From IMG/VR virus record IMGVR_UViG_3300025132_000024: a DNA stretch of 64,000 nt; one strand, 5' to 3'. The stretch comes from an uncultured virus (IMG/VR IMGVR_UViG_3300025132_000024) (Duplodnaviria > Heunggongvirae > Uroviricota > Caudoviricetes). Both the position numbers and the translations under genes were made by a program. The first letter of the stretch is position 1, and each line of letters begins with the position of its first letter. Shown in pieces: positions 8,355-17,521 of this stretch. Below the pieces are notes generated by a model that searched no databases, had not been told where the DNA came from, and was given only the letters and a program-made list of their open reading frames with translations.

Positions 8355-8851
8355 AAAAGAAAAAATATAGTTACAAGTCAATTAGACGTAATGGTTTACG
8401 TTATATGATATGCAAAAATAGTAATCCGGATAACAAATATTTCGGAGGTAAGATATGCGAAAATTACGAAGAAGTAGCAGAATATACTTTATCAGTTTTA
8501 TGTAATTGTTGTACTAGGAAAATATCAGCTCCGCCCGAAATTTCAAAAGGATATCAATCAAAAGGTATGATAAGAGGATGGCAATTCATGAAAGAATTTG
8601 TTCATGAAGATGGTAGAGTTTTTCATAAAGGGGTTGAACAACCTAGGTTGAAAGGTACATTGCCGCCGACGCCCAAAGTAGTTAGTAAAAATAAATTAAC
8701 TAAAAGGGAGAAACAAGAATTAAAAAATAAGTTATCAAAACAAATGGTGTTTGTTAGAGGACAATTAGGTAAAGCTAAATGGAAAAAAGATAAAAATAAA
8801 CATCAAAAAGATCTTAAAAAAATAGAAAGACAACTTAAAAAATTAATTTGA
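8345..8851 (+). CDS. basic hypothetical protein with Cys cluster
   Basis: C...C...CNCC pattern; Lys-rich C-terminus. Confidence 0.7.
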   Translation: MDMKKKKYSYKSIRRNGLRYMICKNSNPDNKYFGGKICENYEEVAEYTLSVLCNCCTRKISAPPEISKGYQSKGMIRGWQFMKEFVHEDGRVFHKGVEQPRLKGTLPPTPKVVSKNKLTKREKQELKNKLSKQMVFVRGQLGKAKWKKDKNKHQKDLKKIERQLKKLI

Positions 8852-8883
8852 TTAGGATTTACGAAAAAAAGTTATTATATTAA
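8852..8883 (+). promoter_or_regulatory. Bacteroidetes-type promoter variant, probably leaderless
   Basis: TTAG (8852)-N20-TATATTAA (8876); ATG 3 nt downstream. Confidence 0.55.
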
Positions 8884-8886
8884 CGT

Positions 8887-9498
8887 ATGAGTTTATATGA
8901 AGAAAAGCCTAAGGCTAAAGAAGTAGAAGAAGAAATAGAAGATAGTCCTTATACTAAATTATCTGACATAGCAACTAATTTAGTTGATTTTGATGACTCG
9001 GTTATTTATTTAAATGATGAAATAACCGAAATGAGTTTAGTGGATTTTATGATCAAAGTAAGATCTATAATTTCTAATCGCGATGATAATGAAAAAGATA
9101 ATCCTATTAATTTAATTATTAACTCGCCTGGTGGAGATATATATGACATGTTAGGTATGATAGATTATATTGAATCTTTATCAGTAAAAATTAATACAAT
9201 ATGTAGAGGTAAAGCATTTTCGGCCGCGGCGATAATATTAGCTCATGGTACCGGACAAAGAATGATGAGTAAAAGATCATCAGTTATGTTTCATCAATCA
9301 TCTAGTTTTATTAGTGGCAAGATGAGCGATATATCAGCATATGTCGATAATATAAGAACATTAGAAACGACCATATATAATTTGTTGGAAGGCAAAACTA
9401 AAAAAGATGCCACGTGGTGGAGAGAAATGATGAAAACAGATTTTTTCTTAACATCAGAACAATTAGTAGAATATGGAGTAGTAGATCAAATAATATAA
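8887..9498 (+). CDS. clpP: ClpP-family serine protease
   Basis: INLIINSPGG, GKAFSAAA (catalytic Ser), VMFHQ (His), D-FFL...EYGVVDQI. Confidence 0.9.
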   Translation: MSLYEEKPKAKEVEEEIEDSPYTKLSDIATNLVDFDDSVIYLNDEITEMSLVDFMIKVRSIISNRDDNEKDNPINLIINSPGGDIYDMLGMIDYIESLSVKINTICRGKAFSAAAIILAHGTGQRMMSKRSSVMFHQSSSFISGKMSDISAYVDNIRTLETTIYNLLEGKTKKDATWWREMMKTDFFLTSEQLVEYGVVDQII

Positions 9499-9502
9499 AG
9501 TT

Positions 9503-10249
9503 ATGAGTTTAAAAGCAGAAGAAATATCAAATAATTGGAATAGTTTATTAGAGGTAATTGAAACAGAATTTACCGGAGATAGAAAAGAGAAACTATTAAA
9601 ATTGTATAATGAATACGAAGAAAGAATTAGTACAGCGCCAGCATCAAGTGTAGATCATTATCATAATGCGTTTATAGGAGGATATGTCGATCATGTATTA
9701 AGAGTAATTAAATGTGCTAGAAATGTTTATGAGTTATGGACTCAAATGGGAGCTGACATGACAGGCTATACTAGAGAAGAATTAATGTTTGTAGCATTGA
9801 ACCATGATTTAGGCAAAATAGGATTCCCGGGCGAAGGTAATGAAGTTTATGTATATAATGATTCAGAATGGCATAGAAAAAATCAAGGAAAAATATTTAA
9901 AGTCAATCCTAAAAATCCGTTTGCATTAGTTAATGATTTATCTATTTGGTTGTTACAACATTATGAGATTAAGATATCTTTTAATGAAATGATAGGAATA
10001 AAATGTACAGATGGATTATATGATGAAAGTAATAAACCATATTTTATTTCTAGAATGAAGGAATCTAAATTAAGAACAAATTTACCATATGTAATGCATC
10101 AAGCAGATTTAATGGCAGCTAGAATAGAGTATGAAATGTGGAGAGACGAAGTGCCGTCAGCACCGATACCTAAAAAGAAGCCAACAAATAAATTATCTAC
10201 AGATAAAGTAGATGCAACTAAATTATTTGGAGAATTATTTGGAGATTAA
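9503..10249 (+). CDS. HD-domain phosphohydrolase (YhaM-like)
   Basis: APAS..HYHNAFIGGYVDHVLRV, ALNHDLGKIG, MHQAD. Confidence 0.85.
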   Translation: MSLKAEEISNNWNSLLEVIETEFTGDRKEKLLKLYNEYEERISTAPASSVDHYHNAFIGGYVDHVLRVIKCARNVYELWTQMGADMTGYTREELMFVALNHDLGKIGFPGEGNEVYVYNDSEWHRKNQGKIFKVNPKNPFALVNDLSIWLLQHYEIKISFNEMIGIKCTDGLYDESNKPYFISRMKESKLRTNLPYVMHQADLMAARIEYEMWRDEVPSAPIPKKKPTNKLSTDKVDATKLFGELFGD

Positions 10250-10250
10250 T

Positions 10251-10535
10251 ATGTTAATTACAATAATAATATTATCAGTATTTTTATTAGCATCAGTTTT
10301 ATTTAATGTTAATTTATTGCGTAAAGTTGAAGCCGGCGAAGACTATATAGAAGATTTAGAAAAATCTAATGTAGATTATTATACATTTTTTAAAGATTTA
10401 AAAACTCAAGTTGGGCAATCTAATTCTAAATTAAAACAAATCGATAGATTGGGTTCTTTTGAATCCGATGATGAAACTGGTTATGTTTTTAAAGAGATGA
10501 AAGATATATCTGAAAAATTAAATTCGAGATTCTGA
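10251..10535 (+). CDS. membrane-anchored hypothetical protein
   Basis: ATG 10251 with GGAG SD preferred over 10212; N-terminal TM helix followed by a coiled coil. Confidence 0.7.
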   Translation: MLITIIILSVFLLASVLFNVNLLRKVEAGEDYIEDLEKSNVDYYTFFKDLKTQVGQSNSKLKQIDRLGSFESDDETGYVFKEMKDISEKLNSRF

Positions 10536-11290
10536 TGGGAGCAGTAAATGATTTTTATGATTGGGTAAAAGTAGAAGAGACCTTACCACCGAAAGCAAGA
10601 CGGGGTAGAAAGCCTTCTAAGAAACAATATTTTACGTATATAACACAAGAAGCTATAATAGCGTATAATAATGAATCAGAGCAACACTTGCGTAATAAAG
10701 TATATAGAGAATATATAGATTATCCGTTTAATAAATTAGTTGAAAATATTTATCATACGTTTAAGTTTCAATATTTCGATATACCATACGAAGATATTAA
10801 ATGTGAAGTAGTTGCATTTTTAAATGAAAAAATACATAAATTTGAAAATGGAAAAGGTAAAGCATTTTCATATTTTTCAATAATAGCGAAAAATTATTTA
10901 ATAATACAAAATAATTCTAATTATCAAAAATTTAAAAGAAAAGCAGATACTACTTTAATTGATGAATCTCGCGATGTTACTAATGAAATGTCATTATCTA
11001 ATTATCAAGAATCTTTAAGAGATTTTGTAAAATTATGGTGTGATTGGTATGATCAAAATATTAATATGATTTTTTCTAACAAGAAAGATATATTAGTAGC
11101 AGATACTGTAGTAGAACTTTTTAGAATGTCAGATAATATAGAAAATTTTAATAAGAAAGCAATCTACATTTTAATAAGAGAGCGTACCGGCCTTAAGACC
11201 CAGAATATTACTAAAGTGATTAACATAATGAGAAAAGATTTTCATAAAATGTTAAAATCATATCAACTATCGGGTCATTTGTTTACATAA
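10535..11290 (+). CDS. phage sigma factor for late transcription (T4 gp55-like)
   Basis: YFT...AIIAYN, KLVENI and KF....GKAFSYFSIIAKNYLI match sigma region 2 of gp55-like proteins. Confidence 0.75.
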   Translation: MGAVNDFYDWVKVEETLPPKARRGRKPSKKQYFTYITQEAIIAYNNESEQHLRNKVYREYIDYPFNKLVENIYHTFKFQYFDIPYEDIKCEVVAFLNEKIHKFENGKGKAFSYFSIIAKNYLIIQNNSNYQKFKRKADTTLIDESRDVTNEMSLSNYQESLRDFVKLWCDWYDQNINMIFSNKKDILVADTVVELFRMSDNIENFNKKAIYILIRERTGLKTQNITKVINIMRKDFHKMLKSYQLSGHLFT

Positions 11291-11303
11291 TATTTTTTCC
11301 TTT

Positions 11304-11311
11304 ATATTTAT
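11304..11311 (+). promoter_or_regulatory. putative late promoter box
   Basis: ATATTTAT followed by an AAAAGGA SD; heads the baseplate cluster. Confidence 0.65.
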
Positions 11312-11323
11312 TAAAAAGGATCT

Positions 11324-11731
11324 ATGAACGATTTTGAATTATTTCAAGGAACAAGTTTTTCCGATCTGATGAAAGATGTTTATCATAATTCAAAAAAGAA
11401 GTCGCGTCAAATAGATTCTTTGATACAAGATCTAAAACCTTTCATAAAAAATATAGGAGATGCAACTATAATAGCTCCTTTACTAAAAGATTATTTAGAA
11501 GTATCAGTAAAGAATGATGATGCATTAGTTAAATTAGCAGCTGTAGTACAAAGGTTAGTTACATCTAAATCTGATGATGATGGCAACGAATTTGGCATGA
11601 CTGAAGAAGAAAGAAAAAAATTACTTGAAGAAGCTGAAGATGAAATTAAGTCAATTAAAAAACAACATGACGAGGAAGTAAATGGCAAGTTATTTCATAG
11701 CGGAAGTAGTAAACAACCAGATCTCATTTAA
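11324..11731 (+). CDS. hypothetical alpha-helical protein
   Basis: ORF track; SD and late box upstream. Confidence 0.8.
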   Translation: MNDFELFQGTSFSDLMKDVYHNSKKKSRQIDSLIQDLKPFIKNIGDATIIAPLLKDYLEVSVKNDDALVKLAAVVQRLVTSKSDDDGNEFGMTEEERKKLLEEAEDEIKSIKKQHDEEVNGKLFHSGSSKQPDLI

Positions 11732-12710
11732 AAAAAGCGAAGACAAAGATACCGGCGAAGAATATCCTTTTGGCTGTATCAAAGTTAAGTATCGTACCGG
11801 CAATAAAAGTATGGTTGTCGCGCCTGCATATCCGTTAGATCCGCATGTAAGTAATATACCATTATTTGGTGAGTATGTTTTAGTAATTAATTTAATAGAT
11901 AAGAATGCAGATCCATTTATAAAAACTAAAAAATTATACTATACTAATTCAATTAACTTTTTTGATCAATTGAATGAAAACAGATTGATAGGATTAAATA
12001 ATATTTTCCCTCCATCAGATGATCCATTAGCTAATGGTATAGACAAAGAAGATTCTCCATTAAAAATTTCTGATAACGTCGAGGTTACTAAACTACAGCC
12101 ATATCAAGGTGATAAATTATTTTATTCACGTTATAGATCGGCTATCAGATTTTCATCTAATAATACTAAACCACAAGATCTTGAAGAAAATGGTATTAAA
12201 AGAAAAATAGAGTATGAGAATAAAGAGACTCCATGGAAAGGTGATAAGCCAATGAGTCCAATTCTTATGTTAACAAATGGATATGAACAATCAGAAGAAA
12301 ATTTTATAATCGAAAAACCAGATGAAGATAAATCACTTATTTATTTAACATCTGATCAGGAAATAAAAATTAATTCATCACAGCAAAAATTAGGCGCTGG
12401 TGAAACGCAAGGCAGTGTAAAAAGTTATAAGGATTCGCAGGTAATAATTTCATCTGATCGATTATTCTTAAATGCTAGAAAAGATTATATTTTATTATCA
12501 GCCGAAAAATCTGTTAATATTGCTACGCCTAAATGGCAAATGAATATGAATGAATTTTTTACATTATTTGAAGACTTTTTGAAAGAAGTTATGAAAACTG
12601 CTCAGGCATCATCACCATATGCAACAGGCGTTGGCCCGACAGGACCTAACCCAGGATTGCAAGCTGGACTAACAAAAATACAAGCAGCACTAGCACGAAT
12701 GAAACAATAA
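11682..12710 (+). CDS. putative baseplate hub/spike protein (gp5-like N-terminus)
   Basis: G.IKV...AYPL...IPLFGEYVLV OB-fold-like start; QVIISSDRLFLNA beta repeats; upstream of gp25/gp6-like genes. Confidence 0.55.
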   Translation: MASYFIAEVVNNQISFKKSEDKDTGEEYPFGCIKVKYRTGNKSMVVAPAYPLDPHVSNIPLFGEYVLVINLIDKNADPFIKTKKLYYTNSINFFDQLNENRLIGLNNIFPPSDDPLANGIDKEDSPLKISDNVEVTKLQPYQGDKLFYSRYRSAIRFSSNNTKPQDLEENGIKRKIEYENKETPWKGDKPMSPILMLTNGYEQSEENFIIEKPDEDKSLIYLTSDQEIKINSSQQKLGAGETQGSVKSYKDSQVIISSDRLFLNARKDYILLSAEKSVNIATPKWQMNMNEFFTLFEDFLKEVMKTAQASSPYATGVGPTGPNPGLQAGLTKIQAALARMKQ

Positions 12711-12711
12711 T

Positions 12712-13437
12712 ATGGCAGCACTATGGCAACCATTTGAACGATCTGTAGTAGAGTTTTTAACTAGAACAACTCTTAGTCAAGATAAATTTGTAAAATTTTT
12801 AGCAGGAGCTTATACGGTTGCTACAACGCCTATATCACTAAAATATTCGACAGGTACAATTACACAGCCTGTAGTAAATGGAGTTCTTAGACAAAAAATA
12901 TTACGAGATGCAATGACTCAAATGTTGAATACCAATTCAACTAAAGATGATGATTTGGCATTTAAAGACTATCTCCCCGTTGCAGTAGCCTTTATGAAAT
13001 ATTGGACTCCGAGTATAGGAGTTACTATTAGTCCATTGCCAGCGGCCCCTCCGTGTTTTGCTCCTATAGTTGCAGGATATGTTATATCTCAAAGTGATTT
13101 AAATCAAGCATTAGATTTTGCCGGGGTCGACCAAATACAACCAGCTACTGGAAATGATCTCAAAGCTAAAATAATAAGTAGTGCAATAGTTAATGACCCT
13201 GTAGTTATATTTCCTAGCCCCATAGTTTTATTTCCCGGCAATCCAATACAATTAGCAAAAGATCTACACTTCGCCATGTCAAAAAGTTTTAGTCCACAAG
13301 CAACAGCAAAAAATTTAGTTACGGCATTTCAGAATCATTTATCATCTATAATAGGTATATACATAGGATTCAAAGATCCGGCTACGCCGCCAACACCTTT
13401 ACCTTTTACCATAGTAGTATTTAACGGAATATCATAA
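12712..13437 (+). CDS. hypothetical protein (baseplate region)
   Basis: ORF track; Pro-rich. Confidence 0.75.
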   Translation: MAALWQPFERSVVEFLTRTTLSQDKFVKFLAGAYTVATTPISLKYSTGTITQPVVNGVLRQKILRDAMTQMLNTNSTKDDDLAFKDYLPVAVAFMKYWTPSIGVTISPLPAAPPCFAPIVAGYVISQSDLNQALDFAGVDQIQPATGNDLKAKIISSAIVNDPVVIFPSPIVLFPGNPIQLAKDLHFAMSKSFSPQATAKNLVTAFQNHLSSIIGIYIGFKDPATPPTPLPFTIVVFNGIS

Positions 13438-13477
13438 CTGAATTAGTATATAATCATATTTATTTAAAAGGAAAATC

Positions 13478-13927
13478 ATGAAATCGGAATCATTCGTAAA
13501 ATTATTACGTAAAGTTATACGAGAAGAAGTTACAAGAGCAGTTCGAACAGAAATGAAAGAATTGTTACAAGAAAAAAAAGTAGATCATAAAAAAGTTATT
13601 AGTCATGGAATGAACTTAAATAATGTAGTATCTAAACAGCCTAGGAAACAAAAACAATATGTTAAAGATCCTATGTTAAATGATATTTTAAATAGTACCG
13701 GCCCATTGCAAGAAAATAGAGCAATGAGTTTTGATAGTGGCATGGCACAATCATTTAAATCAATGATGTCAACAGATCCTGGAGTTCCGCATGTTGCGCC
13801 AGTAACTGATATACAAGGGAAAGCAGTTAATATGTCTAATGAAGGTGTTAAGACGGCTGTAAATGCAATGACAAAAGATTATTCTGCTTTAATGAAAGCA
13901 ATAGATAAGAAAAAAGGAAAACGATAA
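13478..13927 (+). CDS. hypothetical protein
   Basis: LRKVIREEV...LLQE leader; late box at 13456-13463 and SD AAAGGA. Confidence 0.8.
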   Translation: MKSESFVKLLRKVIREEVTRAVRTEMKELLQEKKVDHKKVISHGMNLNNVVSKQPRKQKQYVKDPMLNDILNSTGPLQENRAMSFDSGMAQSFKSMMSTDPGVPHVAPVTDIQGKAVNMSNEGVKTAVNAMTKDYSALMKAIDKKKGKR

Positions 13928-14473
13928 TTGGCAAGAAATGTTTATACATATCAATTTTATAACGAAACGCCAGATAAGCCTTTAGGCATATTATTGCCTT
14001 TTAATAAAGATGCAGGAGGATCTAGATCTGAATCATCAACTTATAATTCTCAGCCTGGGGCAGGTAAAGGAGTATTTAAATCGTCTTATACTATAGAACA
14101 GCAAGCCATGAGTAATTTGAAAAATTTAATATTAACTCAAAAAGGAGAAAGATTATATCAGCCTGATTTTGGAACTGATATACAAAGATCTTTATTTGAA
14201 AATAATACAAAAGAATTGATTCTAGAATTGCAAGAGTCGTTAAATGAAGATATTAAATTTTGGTTACCTTATATTATAATAGAAGAATTACGTGTTTTTC
14301 AAAATATAGATCAACATCAAATAGTGATAACATTATCATTTAAAGTATCTGAAAGAGGAGCAAATCAATTGATTACAGTGTTTGCTTCATCAGATGGAAT
14401 TGTAGTGCAAGAAGAAAATGTTGAACAACAATCAACAGCGCCTGTTGCCAATAACATAGGAGGAGGATATTAA
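13928..14473 (+). CDS. baseplate wedge protein, gp25/GPW family
   Basis: NLKNLILTQKGERLYQPDFGTDI...LFE...WLPYI is the gp25 signature. Confidence 0.85.
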   Translation: MARNVYTYQFYNETPDKPLGILLPFNKDAGGSRSESSTYNSQPGAGKGVFKSSYTIEQQAMSNLKNLILTQKGERLYQPDFGTDIQRSLFENNTKELILELQESLNEDIKFWLPYIIIEELRVFQNIDQHQIVITLSFKVSERGANQLITVFASSDGIVVQEENVEQQSTAPVANNIGGGY

Positions 14474-16350
14474 TGTCTCTCGTTAAAAAAGATATAAAAT
14501 ATATAAACAAAGACTTTGGACAGTTTAGAAGTAATTTAGTAAATTTTGCAAAAAATTATTTCCCAGATACATATTCAGATTTCAACGAATCGTCACCAGG
14601 TATGATGTTTATTGAAATGGCATCATATGTAGGAGATGTCTTATCATACTATTCTGATCAGTCGTTCAGAGAAAGTATATTAAGCGAAGCTCAAGAAAAT
14701 AGTAGTGTCATAAAATTGGCACAATTATTCGGATATCAGACCCAATTAAATTCTCCTGCTAGAACCGAATTAGATGTTTATCAACTGTTACCAGCAATAG
14801 GCACAGGAGATGATGCAATGCCAGATTATAGATATGCCTTAAATATTAATGCCGGCATGCAAGTATCAAATACAGCAGGAGTAAATTTTAGATCTTTAGA
14901 GCCAATAGATTTTAGATCTAGCGGATCTAATGATCCAATTGATATATCAGTATATGAATTAGATGCAGACGGTAATGTACAATATTATTTGTTAAAAAAA
15001 TCTGTACCTGTAGTTTCAGGAGATGTTAAAACAGCAACTTTTTCTTTTGGTGATCCAAAATCATATGATAAATTATCACTGCCAGATACAAATTTATTAG
15101 ATATTATTTCTGTTGTAGATAGCAGAGGTAACACTTGGAATGAAGTAGATTATTTAGCACAGGATACTATATTTGAAGATATTTTAAATGTAAAATTTAA
15201 TGATGAGGCATTATCTGAATATAAATCTACCGTGCCTTATATTTTAAAACTAAAAAGAACCCCTAGAAGATTTATAAAAAGACTAAGAGATGATAATACA
15301 TTTGAATTAGTATTTGGTTCTGGTATAAGTTCAGATGCAGATGAAGAGTTAATACCTAATCCAAAAAATGTAGGTATGGGATTAGAATATTTAAAAAGAA
15401 CTACTACAACAAATTTAGATCCAACTAATTTTTTAAGAACAAGGACATATGGTTTAGCACCGGATAATATTTCTTTAACAGTTACATATAGTGTAGGGGG
15501 AGGTGTATCTGATAATTCAAATGTAAATTCTATTACAACTATCAATGAAATTGAATATAATGATGATCAGTCATTAGGACAGGTAGACTTAGCATTTGTC
15601 AAATCTAGTGTAGCTATTAATAACGCAATACCGGCGACGGGCGGAAGAGAAAAAGAAGATATCGAAACATTAAGACAAAATGCCATGGCATCTTTTGCAT
15701 CTCAAAATAGAGCTATAACAAGAGAAGATTATATTGTAAGATGTTATTCTTTACCAAGAAAATTTGGATCTGTTGCAAAAGCATATATTGTTGGAGATAC
15801 ACAGCAAGATAGTAATGACACAACTTATCCGAGAGATACTATATCAAATCCATTAGCATTGAATTTGTATACATTATCATATGATATTAATAAAAATTTA
15901 GTACCGTTAAATCCGGCTTTAAAACAAAATTTAAGAACTTATTTATCAAATTTTAGAATGTTAACAGATGCAATTAATATCAAAACTGCACATATAATTA
16001 ATATAGGAGTAAATTTTGAAATTGTTCCTAGGCCATCATTTAACAGTAATGAAGTTCTTATAAGATGTGTCGATTTACTTAAAAAAATATTAGATAATGA
16101 TAAAATGCAAATTAATATGGCACTAAATATATCTAATTTAATGACAGAACTTGATAAAGTAGAAGGAGTTCAAAGCGTAGCAGATTTTGAAATTGTAAAC
16201 TTTTATGATATTACAAAAGGCTATTCTGGAAATTTATATGACATAAAAACAGCAACTAAAAATAACATTATTTATCCTAGTCTAGATCCAAGTATATTTG
16301 AAGTCAAATATCCTAATCAAGATATTAAAGGAAAGATAGTTAAAAACTAA
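14473..16350 (+). CDS. baseplate wedge protein, gp6/baseplate-J family
   Basis: KDFGQFR..L, DFNESSPGMMFIEMASYVGDVLSYY, FGSG, GG..KEDIETLRQNA, QNRAITREDY. Confidence 0.88.
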   Translation: MSLVKKDIKYINKDFGQFRSNLVNFAKNYFPDTYSDFNESSPGMMFIEMASYVGDVLSYYSDQSFRESILSEAQENSSVIKLAQLFGYQTQLNSPARTELDVYQLLPAIGTGDDAMPDYRYALNINAGMQVSNTAGVNFRSLEPIDFRSSGSNDPIDISVYELDADGNVQYYLLKKSVPVVSGDVKTATFSFGDPKSYDKLSLPDTNLLDIISVVDSRGNTWNEVDYLAQDTIFEDILNVKFNDEALSEYKSTVPYILKLKRTPRRFIKRLRDDNTFELVFGSGISSDADEELIPNPKNVGMGLEYLKRTTTTNLDPTNFLRTRTYGLAPDNISLTVTYSVGGGVSDNSNVNSITTINEIEYNDDQSLGQVDLAFVKSSVAINNAIPATGGREKEDIETLRQNAMASFASQNRAITREDYIVRCYSLPRKFGSVAKAYIVGDTQQDSNDTTYPRDTISNPLALNLYTLSYDINKNLVPLNPALKQNLRTYLSNFRMLTDAINIKTAHIINIGVNFEIVPRPSFNSNEVLIRCVDLLKKILDNDKMQINMALNISNLMTELDKVEGVQSVADFEIVNFYDITKGYSGNLYDIKTATKNNIIYPSLDPSIFEVKYPNQDIKGKIVKN

Positions 16351-16360
16351 AGGATGAAAA

Positions 16361-17521
16361 ATGTATAAATTATATTTTGCAGAAAGAGATACTACATTAT
16401 ATGAAAGATTTCCAAAACAGAATACTGGAATTGATCAAATTTTAGAATTAACTAAAGTAGCTAGTGGATCTAAAATAAATGGTCTTGTACAAGCTAATAC
16501 TACAAATACAAGAATATTATTAGATTTTGGATCACAAATAACTTCTATTAGTAATGATATATCAAATGGCAAAATACCTCCTATAGGAACAAGTGCTTTA
16601 TCGTCATCTGTTTATTTAAATATCAAAGCATCTGAAGCATCTGATTTGCCATTATCATATACAATAAAGGCCTTTCCAATTTCAGAATCATGGGATAATG
16701 GTAATGGATTATTTTCTGATATACCAGAAACGCGCGTCGGATCATCTTGGTTAAATAGATCCGGAGATGAATCAGGCACATCTGCAGTACCATGGAATAC
16801 AGGCTCTGCTGCTAGTTATAATAATTTAGGAGTCACTGAAAGATTAGGGGGCGGTACATGGATGACAGGATCTGGATATGAGGCAAGTCAATCATTCGAA
16901 AATCAATCTCCAGATATCAGAATGGATGTTACGGATATAGTCAAAAGATGGATTGATGGGGATATAACAAATAATGGGTTCATCGTAAAAAGAAATTATG
17001 AACAAGAAATTAACGGAGATATATTAGGGTCTATAAAATATTTTGGAAGAGAAACTCATACAGTATTTGTACCTAGATTAGAAGTTGCATATAATAATAT
17101 TAATTTATCAGGAACAGGCTCTTATAGTGAAATATCGTCTGATACATATATTCCGTATATCAAAAATATTAAGCCTGAATATAATGTAGGAGAAAAAGTT
17201 AAATTTAGATTAGGCGTAAGACCTGAATTTCCTCCTAAGTCATATGCGACTAGCTCTTTTTATATAACACAAGATAGATTACCAATAACAAGTTATTATA
17301 GTATCTGTGATAGCGTTACAGATGAAGCTTTGATTCCGTTCGACGAAACCAATAAAAATGCAACGCAAATTTCATGTGATGGTAATGGAAATTTCTTTAA
17401 TTTAGATTTAAATAGTTTCATGCCAGAAAGATATTATAAAATTAAATTAAAAGTGATTAGAGATAGTGATGATGACGTACAAATATTTGATGATAGATTT
17501 TATTTTAAAGTAGTTAAATAA
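16361..17521 (+). CDS. virion structural protein (DNRLRE-like beta domain)
   Basis: AERDTTLYE..P.QNTG, RILLDF, MDVTDIVKRW, NNGFIVK, PRLEV. Confidence 0.6.
   Translation: MYKLYFAERDTTLYERFPKQNTGIDQILELTKVASGSKINGLVQANTTNTRILLDFGSQITSISNDISNGKIPPIGTSALSSSVYLNIKASEASDLPLSYTIKAFPISESWDNGNGLFSDIPETRVGSSWLNRSGDESGTSAVPWNTGSAASYNNLGVTERLGGGTWMTGSGYEASQSFENQSPDIRMDVTDIVKRWIDGDITNNGFIVKRNYEQEINGDILGSIKYFGRETHTVFVPRLEVAYNNINLSGTGSYSEISSDTYIPYIKNIKPEYNVGEKVKFRLGVRPEFPPKSYATSSFYITQDRLPITSYYSICDSVTDEALIPFDETNKNATQISCDGNGNFFNLDLNSFMPERYYKIKLKVIRDSDDDVQIFDDRFYFKVVK

Noticed and set aside
8164..8370. Lys-rich + strand alternative-frame ORF
   Set aside because: Frame-shifted reading of the GAA-rich acidic tail of 7320-8354.
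11324..11731. Possible small terminase subunit
   Set aside because: Size and helicity fit, but there is no motif I can verify and it is far from terL.
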